Shown in pieces: positions 34,214 to 44,123 of a stretch of 64,000 nt of DNA (positions are counted from its first letter, which is position 1; each line of letters opens with the position of its first letter). Origin of the DNA: Staphylococcus phage AH12; sequence record OR455461.1; one strand, 5' to 3'. The notes below the pieces were generated by a model that was not told where the DNA came from, ran no database searches, and was given only the letters and a program-made list of their open reading frames with translations. A program made the translations under genes and the position numbers.

Positions 34214-35113
34214 TTAAAAGAAACTTCTATAACAGTTAATAATAATTTTATCATTAATAGCGTTTAATATAATAAATTCTTTATTAATTCCAGCATTAAC
34301 ATAAGCTGAGAATATTGTAACTAAAAATGAAGGCAAATGATCAATTGAAAGTATTGTCGTCTCTCCATACATTTTAGTGAAGTTTTCCACAAATGATCTA
34401 GATGAGAATTTATTAAAATTAGGATGTTTTTTAAATTCTTCAAATAATTTGAATATATTAATCATTGAAGATTGTCCATCAAACTTATTCTCCATCTCTT
34501 TAATTACTTCAAAATCAGTTCTATTATGACATGATTTGTAAGCTATTTGTTCTGTAGTATCGTCATTAGTTCTTCCTACAACACTTACTAAAAAGAATTT
34601 AGCAAACATATATGAAACTAAATCAGAGTCTCTTTTATTAATATTAGTTGCATAAAGTTTATCAATTACTTTTGTTGTTAATCTAGAATATATTTGACTA
34701 GCATAAATTAAAAGTTTAGCATTATTTCTAATTTTATTTGCATTTTCTTTAATTTTAATATTAATTAATCCTGCTTGAGCTAATCCAAATAAAGTATTAG
34801 GATTGATATTCATATTAGACTTAATATATGGAGTTATATTCACTAAAGATTTATTGCCTTGAATGTTTAATACTGGCATAAAGTTAGGTAATTTAACTTC
34901 CTTGGAGTTCATTAAGATAATATTACCATTTTCTAATTCATTAACAACTTCATTCTTTGAAGCTTGATTAACTCTATTTTTAATAATATTAAATGTATCA
35001 GATAATTGATCTTGTTGAACTAGATGTTCTCCTTTAATACTCTTTGTAATTTTATTAATATCTATTGGTAATTGTTTATAGATTTCAGATTCATTTAAAC
35101 CATAAGTTTTCAA
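34214..35113 (-). CDS. hypothetical protein
   Basis: 299-aa ORF, first gene of the minus-strand block. Confidence 0.45.
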   Translation of the reverse strand: MKTYGLNESEIYKQLPIDINKITKSIKGEHLVQQDQLSDTFNIIKNRVNQASKNEVVNELENGNIILMNSKEVKLPNFMPVLNIQGNKSLVNITPYIKSNMNINPNTLFGLAQAGLINIKIKENANKIRNNAKLLIYASQIYSRLTTKVIDKLYATNINKRDSDLVSYMFAKFFLVSVVGRTNDDTTEQIAYKSCHNRTDFEVIKEMENKFDGQSSMINIFKLFEEFKKHPNFNKFSSRSFVENFTKMYGETTILSIDHLPSFLVTIFSAYVNAGINKEFIILNAINDKIIINCYRSFF

Positions 35114-35438
35114 TATAATTTCACTCTTTCTTTAGTTTATTTTTATTTTCTTAATATTAAATTGTTACTATGGATTATATCATCTTTATATATTTTGTTT
35201 ATGTATCTCAAAATTTCTTTAATTTTAATTAATTAATTTTTAATAACATTTTTAATTACTATTATTTTTTATTAATTAAAATTTTATATAAATATATATT
35301 ATAAAATAGTAATATTAATTAATTTATTGAATTATATTTAGTAATATAATTATATTACCTAGGTTTTTTAAAAAAATTTGATTAAGAAAATTTTAGAAAA
35401 CCGAAAGAATAAAATATTATTAGAAAAAGAGGAGAGAT
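35114..35438. promoter_or_regulatory. extremely AT-rich divergent intergenic region (promoters; possible replication origin)
   Basis: 325 bp at above 90% A+T with reiterated TTAATTAAT/ATTAAT motifs, between divergently transcribed gene blocks; aggagag RBS at 35420 ahead of 35439. Confidence 0.4.
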
Positions 35439-35945
35439 TTGGATATGAAAATAAAATTTTTAATTACTAGTCCTTATGAAGTTAATGGACCTATTACAAA
35501 AGAAATTGAGTTTGATGAAGATAAGATGTATGAAGTTATTGGAAGAGAACTTAATCAAAATGAAGAAGATATTATTATGGATATAATGCCAGCACCTTTA
35601 CATTCAGTAGTTAGTTTTACTTATTTAGGGCATACAAAAGATAGATATACTTCAGATGATATAAACTTCTTAATGTTTGACAGTATACCTTGTTTTGATA
35701 AAGCTGCTTTTGCTTATTTAGAGTTTGATGAAAATAAAGAAGCTAATTTAGTTGATATTAGTGATGAATTGGCTAAAGCGGTTCATGAATATATTAAAAC
35801 TAATAGAGAGAATATCAGTGACGAGATTAAAGAAAAAATAGATGACAGTATTGAATCAGGTCATTTAGATGAATTAATTGATTATCTTAATGAAGATGAT
35901 AAAGAAAAAGAAATTAATGAATATGGTGATGAAGATCATGAATAG
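35439..35945 (+). CDS. hypothetical acidic protein
   Basis: 168-aa ORF, D/E-rich C-terminus. Confidence 0.45.
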   Translation: MDMKIKFLITSPYEVNGPITKEIEFDEDKMYEVIGRELNQNEEDIIMDIMPAPLHSVVSFTYLGHTKDRYTSDDINFLMFDSIPCFDKAAFAYLEFDENKEANLVDISDELAKAVHEYIKTNRENISDEIKEKIDDSIESGHLDELIDYLNEDDKEKEINEYGDEDHE

Positions 35946-36330
35946 GGATACATTAAAATTTATAATTGATAGCGAAAATAAAAAACTTGGAACAAGAAAA
36001 TCAAGATATGAATTTAAATATAAAGGATACAATGCATTCATAGTTAGACATGATACATTAGGACACTTAAATGGATATGTTGAGATTGGTGCAGGAAATT
36101 ATGATGAGAAATTAGAATATTATTCTCATGGAGGTATTACTTATAATGAAGGTGGTATAATTGGTTTTGATTGTGCTCATTCAGGAGATCTAATACCTGA
36201 AATATTTTTAAACGGTTTAATGGCGAACGAGAGTAATGATACTTATAAAAGTCTTAATTATGTAGAAAGTTGTATTAAAGAAATGATAGACTTTTTAGTG
36301 GAAAAGGAGCAATTTATTAATGGTGAATAA
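35937..36330 (+). CDS. hypothetical protein
   Basis: The track ORF 35878-36330 probably starts at ATG 35937 (MNRDTLKF...), overlapping the upstream stop in ATGAATAG. Confidence 0.4.
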
Positions 36331-37465
36331 TATTTTTAAAACAGTGGCTATAGCAGATCTACATTATGGAAAGAAAAATCCTAAAAAATTAACTGATGAA
36401 CTTAATGAATACTTTGTTAAATATATAGAAGATAATAATGATATTGATATGGTTGTTATTTCAGGAGATCTATTTGATAGAGTTATTAGATTTAATGAAC
36501 CTGCTGGCAAAGAGGTATTAGAGTTCATGGATCGTATGTTCACTTTATCAGAAGAAAAGAACTTCTTATTACGTTTATTAAAAGGTACAAAAACACATGA
36601 CTTTAATCAACTTGATGTATTTAATCAAAATGAGTTAGAGTATAATAATTTTAAGATTATTAATACATTGGAATCTGAATTAGTTAAACATAATGGTAAA
36701 GAAGTTAATTTACTTTATATACCTGAAGAATATCCAGATGATAAGAAAGAATATTACAATGATCTTATATACTCTGTAGAGGATAATACGTATGATAATA
36801 TATTTGGTCATGGAATGATTGATTTCGTAACATTTGTTCCTGATGAAGATGATTCAGAAAATCCAGTTAAATCAGCACCTATATTAGAGTCTAAAGAGTT
36901 AATGAGAATTACTAAAGGTGTAACTGTATACGGTCATATTCATGACTTTCACGAATACAAAGATAAAGTATATTATTGTGGTTCATATTCAAGATATTCT
37001 TTTAAAGATACTGAAGATAAAGGATTCTTAGTTATTGAAAATAATCTTGATGAAGATGATTATAATGTAGAATTAATTTTAAATGAAAAAGCTCCAACTT
37101 ACGTTACTATAAATATGGATCAATATGAAAATCTAACGGAACAAAAGAAACTAGAAATAATCAATGAGTTACGTCAAGAAAATGATTATGTAAGATTTGT
37201 TTCAACGTCTAAGGATGATGTTGATATAATTAAGCAAATTTCTAGTTCCGATAAAAATATAAAAGTACAATTTAACAACAAAAATATTAAGGAAGTAAAA
37301 GTTGACGAGAAATACCAATTTATCTTAGATGATGAACTTGATGTACCTGAGACTATTATTAAATTTAACTCTATTAAACATGATAAAGATTTAGATTTAA
37401 AAGAAGTTAAAAATATAATTGATCCAGATTTTGAAGATTTAATTAATTTAGATAAAGAAAAATAA
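36320..37465 (+). CDS. SbcD/Mre11-family metallophosphatase nuclease (T4 gp47-like)
   Basis: VAIADLHYGKK (motif I DxH) ... VVISGDLFDR (motif II GDxxD) ... GHIHDFH; calcineurin-like fold. Confidence 0.55.
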   Translation: MVNNIFKTVAIADLHYGKKNPKKLTDELNEYFVKYIEDNNDIDMVVISGDLFDRVIRFNEPAGKEVLEFMDRMFTLSEEKNFLLRLLKGTKTHDFNQLDVFNQNELEYNNFKIINTLESELVKHNGKEVNLLYIPEEYPDDKKEYYNDLIYSVEDNTYDNIFGHGMIDFVTFVPDEDDSENPVKSAPILESKELMRITKGVTVYGHIHDFHEYKDKVYYCGSYSRYSFKDTEDKGFLVIENNLDEDDYNVELILNEKAPTYVTINMDQYENLTEQKKLEIINELRQENDYVRFVSTSKDDVDIIKQISSSDKNIKVQFNNKNIKEVKVDEKYQFILDDELDVPETIIKFNSIKHDKDLDLKEVKNIIDPDFEDLINLDKEK

Positions 37466-37492
37466 TGACGTAATGGAGAGTGTATTAACGAT

Positions 37493-39241
37493 ATGGCATT
37501 TTTAGACAATAACATGACAAACCAGAACAACGGACAATCATACTTTATAGATGAAAATCAACAAATGATAAATTATGCAAATATAAGTATACCGTATAAT
37601 ACTTTAATGCAGATAATCAAGTATACAATTACAGAAAATAGACTTATTAATAATACAAATTTAAAAAGATTAAATAAATTCTTAGGAAATATAAATGAAG
37701 ATTTTGTTTATGATGAAGGTCAACAACATCAAAAAGATACAATTAAAGTATTAAAAGAATTAGTTAAAATTAGATTAGAAGAGTCTATAGAATCTCCTTC
37801 TATACTCTTAGAACACTTAGTAGATAAATTTAAGAGTCAAATGTCTGAATCACATTTATATGAAATTGTGAATAGTATTAAAATGTATTATGATGGTGAT
37901 CTAAAGAATTTATCTGATAAAGAAATTGATAATATTAATATGTATGTAAAAGAAAGATATGCTGCTTTAGAGCTATATCAAAAAGTGAATCTATTTAAAT
38001 ATGCATATGATCAATTAACTATGGATCGATTAAGTCCATCCGATTTATTAAAAGAAATATCTGAACCGATATCTCAAGTTAATAAAGTTATTAAAAGAAC
38101 TACAAATACTTCATCTAACACTAAAAATAGCTTTATTAACTTTTTAGAAACAGATATGGCAGTAGAAGTAATGGCGGACTCAATTGATAAATTAAGAAAC
38201 CCAACTAATAAACTTAAGACTGGATATAAGATGTTAAATAAAATGATTAATGGCGGTTTTGAAAATGGTCGTGTTTATTCATTCTTCGGAACACCTAAAT
38301 CATTCAAATCAGGTACTTTACTTAATATGTTAATGTCAGTTACTCTGGCTAACAAAGCAGTCGATATTAATAATTTAGATCCTAATAAAAAACCAGTAAT
38401 ATATTATTTGACTATGGAAAACTCTATGAGTGAATCTCTTGATAGACTTTATGAATATGTAACAGGTCATTCAATGAGTGAATCAAATCAATCACCACAA
38501 GAATGTGTAAATCAATTAATTGATTATACTTATAGACAAACTGGAATTAGTATTGTAGTTGAATATAAAAAGAATAATGAAGTGTCTACTGATTATCTTT
38601 ATGAAGTTTATGAAAACTTAGAAGATGAAGGATATCAATTAATGATGGTTGTACAAGACTATTTAAAACGTATTCGAGCTTCAGATCATATTGAAGACTT
38701 ACGTATACGCTTAGGTGCAATCTCTGATGAATTTACGGTGTTTGCTAAGGAAAAGGATATACCAGTAGTGACTGCAGCACAACTTAACAGAGAGGCATAC
38801 AGAAATGTAGAGAAAGCTATAAGTGAGAAAAAGACAGATATTGCTAAACAATTAGACAGAAGTCAAATTGCAGAATCAGCAATGATCATAGAGAACATAG
38901 ACTATGGTATCATCATAAATAGAGAGAATGCTAGTGATGAAAGTCAAGATGATCATTTATCATTTAAATTAATAGCTAGTCGTGGTAAGATGGGTGAAGA
39001 TAGAGTTGAATACTTCGCTCAACCATTTGATAATTCATTTAAACTTGCTGTTGATGAAGGAACACCTGAACTTAAAGGTGTAGAATCTATAGGATCAAAC
39101 TTAGAAAGTACTATAGATTCTGTGGCGGCTAAAACTAAAATGACTAATATCGCTAATCAATTTAAAAATGGTCCTATTGCTAATGAAAATACAAATAGTA
39201 ATGAAGAATTTGAACCTGGTAGTATTTTTCACGATTTTTAA
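37493..39241 (+). CDS. DnaB-like (SF4) replicative helicase, T4 gp41-like
   Basis: P-loop-like FFGTPKSFKSGT; IPVVTAAQLNREAYR matches DnaB motif H4 (SQLNR); RecA-like core in the C-terminal half. Confidence 0.5.
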   Translation: MAFLDNNMTNQNNGQSYFIDENQQMINYANISIPYNTLMQIIKYTITENRLINNTNLKRLNKFLGNINEDFVYDEGQQHQKDTIKVLKELVKIRLEESIESPSILLEHLVDKFKSQMSESHLYEIVNSIKMYYDGDLKNLSDKEIDNINMYVKERYAALELYQKVNLFKYAYDQLTMDRLSPSDLLKEISEPISQVNKVIKRTTNTSSNTKNSFINFLETDMAVEVMADSIDKLRNPTNKLKTGYKMLNKMINGGFENGRVYSFFGTPKSFKSGTLLNMLMSVTLANKAVDINNLDPNKKPVIYYLTMENSMSESLDRLYEYVTGHSMSESNQSPQECVNQLIDYTYRQTGISIVVEYKKNNEVSTDYLYEVYENLEDEGYQLMMVVQDYLKRIRASDHIEDLRIRLGAISDEFTVFAKEKDIPVVTAAQLNREAYRNVEKAISEKKTDIAKQLDRSQIAESAMIIENIDYGIIINRENASDESQDDHLSFKLIASRGKMGEDRVEYFAQPFDNSFKLAVDEGTPELKGVESIGSNLESTIDSVAAKTKMTNIANQFKNGPIANENTNSNEEFEPGSIFHDF

Positions 39242-39250
39242 AAATATAAT

Positions 39251-39280
39251 CCCCAATACCTATTAATTTAGGTATTGGGG
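39251..39280. terminator. CCCCAATACC/GGTATTGGGG palindrome plus T-run (bidirectional terminator between convergent genes)
   Basis: ccccaatacc-tattaattta-ggtattgggg followed by aaattttattatttttttttttt. Confidence 0.6.
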
Positions 39281-39301
39281 AAATTTTATTATTTTTTTTT
39301 T

Positions 39302-40078
39302 TTATAAAAGAGTACTTATTAAATCTGTTAAAAATCTTAATTGATTTTCATATGATAAATTACCATTTTTTAAATTATCTTCTAAATCTTCATCTATAAA
39401 AACTTTCATTGTGTTTAAGTCTATAATATATTCATTCTCTATAATATCTTTGTAATAACATGGTTCTAAATTATGATTTATCAAATTATTTTTAAATATT
39501 AGTAGTTTCTTGTAAAGATCTGTTTTATCTTTCTTTTTATCTTCCCAAAGACATTCAAATAAAAAATTAAATAAATATTTTTCATGATGTTCTTTAATTC
39601 CTTTCTGATAACCTTTAATTTCTATTCTATTATTATACAGATCAATATAATGTTCTTTATCTAATATATTGATGTAATTGTCAAATGTATCACTTTCAAC
39701 AAATCTAACATTATTCGATATTTTTAAATTATTACATTTTTTACCAATAACAAATATAGCATCTTTTTTTATACTTAAAATATCATTATCTGATAAATTA
39801 TTATTCATCATAAAAAATTTTCTAGCTATTTTAAATCCTTCTATTAGTGCATTATTCATATCTTTATTTTTTCTTAACATCTTACCAATGATTACATTTC
39901 TTTCGTACTTAGGTGTGTTTTTTAGCATATTGTAAGTTTCTTCATTTAACCAATTAGAATCATAAAGAATATTCATTCCTGCTGACTTTATATCATACTC
40001 AGTAATGATAGTATCTTTAATATATTTAACTTTAGATGTATAGTTCGTTTTTTGCCATAAATTAGACACTACCATCAC
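39302..40078 (-). CDS. hypothetical protein
   Basis: 258-aa ORF. Confidence 0.45.
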   Translation of the reverse strand: MMVVSNLWQKTNYTSKVKYIKDTIITEYDIKSAGMNILYDSNWLNEETYNMLKNTPKYERNVIIGKMLRKNKDMNNALIEGFKIARKFFMMNNNLSDNDILSIKKDAIFVIGKKCNNLKISNNVRFVESDTFDNYINILDKEHYIDLYNNRIEIKGYQKGIKEHHEKYLFNFLFECLWEDKKKDKTDLYKKLLIFKNNLINHNLEPCYYKDIIENEYIIDLNTMKVFIDEDLEDNLKNGNLSYENQLRFLTDLISTLL

Positions 40079-40094
40079 TCCTTTTCATATAATA

Positions 40095-40661
40095 TTATTG
40101 ATTAACAAATTTATGTTTAATCAAAGTTTTAATAAAGTCTTTTTCAGATAACCAATCTCCTGTATTATTATATACATTAATGTCAGTAACTTCATCTAGA
40201 TCTTCTTTTTCTTTAATCAAATCTTTTTCATTTCTTCCTTCACGTTTAATTTGATTATTTTCGTTAATAACTTGAATTGTTAATATATCTGATTCATTTC
40301 CGTATTTTTCTTTAATATCTCTTACAGAAGCGTCTCTACCTTCTCTATTTACAATGATTATATTTATATTGTATAAACCATTTTCTGGATATTTATAGCT
40401 TTGATCAATAGTACCATAATAATTTTCATAGAAATTGGTTTTAGCGATTAATTTATCTTTCATAGAATCATATTCTTCTTTATTTAAGAATACATAATCT
40501 TTTCCATCAATTTCATTATCTCTAATTGGTCTAGTTGTTACTTGATCTAATTTTTTGAAAGATAAATGTGGAAAATCTTTTTGGGTTACTAAATTCTCAG
40601 CCAAATAAGATTTTCCACTTCCTGAAACTCCACATAATAAAATAAATTTTTTCATATCCAA
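40095..40661 (-). CDS. guanylate-kinase-like nucleoside monophosphate kinase
   Basis: P-loop LCGVSGSGKS plus VTTRPIRDNEIDGKDYVF, which matches the guanylate kinase signature TTRxxRxxExxGxdYxF. Confidence 0.5.
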   Translation of the reverse strand: MDMKKFILLCGVSGSGKSYLAENLVTQKDFPHLSFKKLDQVTTRPIRDNEIDGKDYVFLNKEEYDSMKDKLIAKTNFYENYYGTIDQSYKYPENGLYNINIIIVNREGRDASVRDIKEKYGNESDILTIQVINENNQIKREGRNEKDLIKEKEDLDEVTDINVYNNTGDWLSEKDFIKTLIKHKFVNQ

Positions 40662-40725
40662 ATCTCTCCTCAGAATTCAATTATTATAATATTTTATTCT
40701 TTGGAAAATATAAAAAATTAATATC

Positions 40726-41487
40726 TTATTTTGCTTTAATACCATCATTTTCACGCAATTTTCCTATGAGATTAATAAATTCATTATAATTTTTATCTAC
40801 TACTTTTATATAATTGTATCCTGAATTTTTAGCAACTTCATCTTTTTTCTTTTCTTTAATTTCATCACGTTTTTGATAATGATTATTTTTACCTTTAATT
40901 TCTACTAATAAATTAAAATCAGGCATGTAAAAATCAGGCATGTAAAAATGTTCTTTATTAGCAAATTTATAAGGTAATGCTATATTTGATGGTGATAGTA
41001 CGTTATTTGATCTAAGATCCATTTGCGTATCTAAGAAGTTAAGGAAATCTTTTTCATAAGATCCTACATATTGAGTAGGCAATCCTTTGCCAGAACTCCA
41101 ATGATATTTACCTGAAATTCTTCTATTTTCTAACATTTTATTTTGCATATCTGGATCATTCAGTAAAGTTGTTTTACCGTATTTTTTATTCATTCTATCT
41201 TTAAATTGTTGTCTATATTTATCTTTACATATTTTATCGTGTACACGCTCATACTTTTCAGTCTGTTCATTAAATTTAGTTGGTTTTCCACATATAATAC
41301 ATGCACCATGAGTTTTTTTATTTCTATAATTAAAATATACATTTGCTGGAGATAAATCACCCAATTCTAAAGGATGTGTTTTTTCCATATGGTTATATAA
41401 ACCACTTTTGTTAATATACTTTTTATTACAGAAAGGACATTTATGATATTTTGTTGCCATTATTAAATTCACCGTTCTTTCTCTCAT
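40726..41487 (-). CDS. C2H2 zinc-finger protein
   Basis: HKCPFCNKKYINKSGLYNHMEKTH (C2H2) and a second Cys cluster HGACIICGK; contains the 15-bp tandem duplication aaaatcaggcatgta x2 (40918-40947), which encodes FYMPDFYMPDF. Confidence 0.45.
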   Translation of the reverse strand: MRERTVNLIMATKYHKCPFCNKKYINKSGLYNHMEKTHPLELGDLSPANVYFNYRNKKTHGACIICGKPTKFNEQTEKYERVHDKICKDKYRQQFKDRMNKKYGKTTLLNDPDMQNKMLENRRISGKYHWSSGKGLPTQYVGSYEKDFLNFLDTQMDLRSNNVLSPSNIALPYKFANKEHFYMPDFYMPDFNLLVEIKGKNNHYQKRDEIKEKKKDEVAKNSGYNYIKVVDKNYNEFINLIGKLRENDGIKAK

Positions 41488-41581
41488 TATTTATAAGATG
41501 TTGTTTCTATCGTTTATACATAAAAAATTAAGGATATATTATTTTATATAATATAATATTATATAGTATAAATATTGAAAG

Positions 41582-42034
41582 TTGGTGAATTATATCGCTA
41601 AAGATACAAAACATTTTAGAAAAGAAATATTTATGGCCCAAAATGTATATAACCGTCAAATGATGTTAGATGACATGGAAGCCATGGGACAGACGATACA
41701 GAATTTAATCATTATGAAACCTGGTACATATCCAAACACTCCTGGTTTAGGAGTTGGTATTGAAGATTATTTATTTGAAATTTTAGATAATGATACAATT
41801 ATGGATATAAGTGCCAATATAAATAATCAAATAACAAGATATATAGTTTCTCAGTCAGTAAATGTTGAAGTAAGAATAAGTAAATTGGAAAATAGTAATG
41901 CAAATATAAATAGTTTAAAAATAGATGTTAATTTATCTGATGTGTTAGATATAAATAACCAACAACTATTTTCATTTGTATTCGCTTCAAATAATTTAAC
42001 TAAGAAAATGATAACTAAATTAGTACTTGCTTAA
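41582..42034 (+). CDS. hypothetical protein
   Basis: 150-aa ORF with a TTG track start; an alternative ATG at 41633. Confidence 0.35.
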   Translation: MVNYIAKDTKHFRKEIFMAQNVYNRQMMLDDMEAMGQTIQNLIIMKPGTYPNTPGLGVGIEDYLFEILDNDTIMDISANINNQITRYIVSQSVNVEVRISKLENSNANINSLKIDVNLSDVLDINNQQLFSFVFASNNLTKKMITKLVLA

Positions 42035-42071
42035 ATATAAAATTAAAAGAAAAGAATGGAGAATATTATAA

Positions 42072-43523
42072 ATGGTAAGAAAAGCAGACAATAATGAACT
42101 TGATAACTTCATGTCAGAAGAGGAATTAAAAGAATTAGGCGTAGAAGCTGATAAAAAACAAGAAGAAACAAATAATAATCAAAATAAATCACAAAATAAT
42201 CGAAATAAAAATAATAATAGAAATAGTAATAAAAATAAACGTAAGAAAAATAATAATCAAAATAAATCGGCTATTCCGACTCAAAGAAATAAGAATAATC
42301 AAAAACAAGATGAAGAAGCTAAAACTGATCATATTGATTTTTCTCAACCAGAACCAGCTCAAAATTATAAAGACTATGATCATTTAACTCAAAAAGACGA
42401 AGAACCTAAATTATCTTCTCCAGCAGAAGATACTGAGTCTATGACTTTAGATCAATTTGAAAGTCATCAACAAGATCTTAATAAACATCAACAAAAAGTT
42501 CAAAAAGAAATTGAAGAACTTTCTAAAATTGATTCTAATGAAAGAAATAATATTTTAAGTAATATTAATGTAGATTTAAATAATATTGAAATTATTTCAG
42601 ATATTGACTATGATGTTAATAAAGAAAATACTAATTTTGTATTAAATAGTAAAGCTACTCATCAAGTAGTATTATCTCAATCAGCTTATATTGCTCATAT
42701 GGAAAGTTTACGTAACCAAGAAATTCTTTCTATTGCAGAATCTATTGATGATGATTATAATTCAGTTTTAAAAAGATATCAATTATACTTCCATAAAGTT
42801 AATACAAATTCATTAGGAATTAAAAACTTCTCAGATTTTGCTAAGTTAACTTCTGTATATGATGTTAGTACTTTAGAATACGGATTATATAATATCTCTT
42901 TCCCTGGTGAGACTAAGTTTGATATTAAATGTGGTAGTTGTAAAGAAGAACTTAAAGACGTTAAAATCTCTAACGATCAATTAATGTCATTTAAAGATGA
43001 AGAAGCTTATGAACATGTAACTAAAAATGTTCATAACATTACAACTAAAGAACAAAATGAAAAGCATTCACTAATTTCTAAAACTGAAAGAATCATGTTA
43101 AACGACTCTAAGATTATATTTGATATTATTACACCTACTATTGATAAACATTTAACTGTATTAGCAAGTATTCATACAGATGGATTGAGTCCAGAAGAAG
43201 CAGATAGATTTAAAAATAACTCAACTGCTTTAATGCATGTTAAAAATGTATACGTACCAGATCTAAAATCTCTTAAAGAAGATGGAAAACCTAAATTCCA
43301 AAAAATTCCTGAAGAATCACTTCAAGAAATTATGACAATTATTGAGAACTTATCTGTACGTGATGGGCATCAATTAACTGATAAGATATATGATTCTGTA
43401 GGTAAAAATGCTATAGAATATGCAATTAATGGAGCTAAATGTCCTAATTGTGGAAATGATCTTGGAAAAATTGATATCGATATGACAGAAGTACTTTTCA
43501 AGGAAGCTCTTCATTTGGTTTAA
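42072..43523 (+). CDS. hypothetical protein with a low-complexity N/K/Q-rich N-terminus and a C-terminal Cys cluster
   Basis: NNNQNKSQNNRNKNNNRNSNKNKRKKNNNQNKS, encoded by imperfect direct repeats of about 22 bp; C-terminal CPNCGN. Confidence 0.45.
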   Translation: MVRKADNNELDNFMSEEELKELGVEADKKQEETNNNQNKSQNNRNKNNNRNSNKNKRKKNNNQNKSAIPTQRNKNNQKQDEEAKTDHIDFSQPEPAQNYKDYDHLTQKDEEPKLSSPAEDTESMTLDQFESHQQDLNKHQQKVQKEIEELSKIDSNERNNILSNINVDLNNIEIISDIDYDVNKENTNFVLNSKATHQVVLSQSAYIAHMESLRNQEILSIAESIDDDYNSVLKRYQLYFHKVNTNSLGIKNFSDFAKLTSVYDVSTLEYGLYNISFPGETKFDIKCGSCKEELKDVKISNDQLMSFKDEEAYEHVTKNVHNITTKEQNEKHSLISKTERIMLNDSKIIFDIITPTIDKHLTVLASIHTDGLSPEEADRFKNNSTALMHVKNVYVPDLKSLKEDGKPKFQKIPEESLQEIMTIIENLSVRDGHQLTDKIYDSVGKNAIEYAINGAKCPNCGNDLGKIDIDMTEVLFKEALHLV

Positions 43524-43591
43524 TCAATACTGTCGATAGTAAGCAATATAAGAAAAAAGTATATGAAGATGCCGCTTATCTTGCTTATCTA

Positions 43592-43789
43592 TTGGACCTC
43601 TTTGAAGGGCGTTTAAGTTTTAATGAAATACTTACTATGGATTTGAATATACTTAATTCAATGACAAAAGCTAAAGAAAAAGAAATGAAAAATAAACGAT
43701 TACAGCAGAAAAAGGTTGAATCTGCTACTAGAAAAGATTTTGATAATGGTATGCCTAAGTTGGATTTACCTAGACATCTTAATAGTTAA
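43592..43789 (+). CDS. small hypothetical protein
   Basis: 65-aa ORF. Confidence 0.3.
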   Translation: MDLFEGRLSFNEILTMDLNILNSMTKAKEKEMKNKRLQQKKVESATRKDFDNGMPKLDLPRHLNS

Positions 43790-43812
43790 TAAAGAAAGGA
43801 TGGATTTTCCAG

Positions 43813-44106
43813 ATGGTTCTTAGTACAAAAGAAAGTCAGAAAATCCTTCATATTTATGATTCACTAGTTGATAATGATGAAAATCTTTTATCATCTTTAT
43901 GTCATTCAAATAAAGGTTTACTTTTTGTAGACCTTTTATATGACATAGATTATAAAATTAAAGAAGGGTTTTCTAAAGATAATAATGAATTTAATTACAT
44001 TATATTAGAAACTGAAGAAAAAGAAAAATTAAAAGAAAAAGCTCTTTATAAAAAAAATTTAAAAATTGAAGACAACAAGGATTCTATAAGAATTTCAGTA
44101 GTATAA
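43813..44106 (+). CDS. small hypothetical protein
   Basis: 97-aa ORF. Confidence 0.35.
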   Translation: MVLSTKESQKILHIYDSLVDNDENLLSSLCHSNKGLLFVDLLYDIDYKIKEGFSKDNNEFNYIILETEEKEKLKEKALYKKNLKIEDNKDSIRISVV

Positions 44107-44123
44107 AGGAGAGAATTGCTTAA

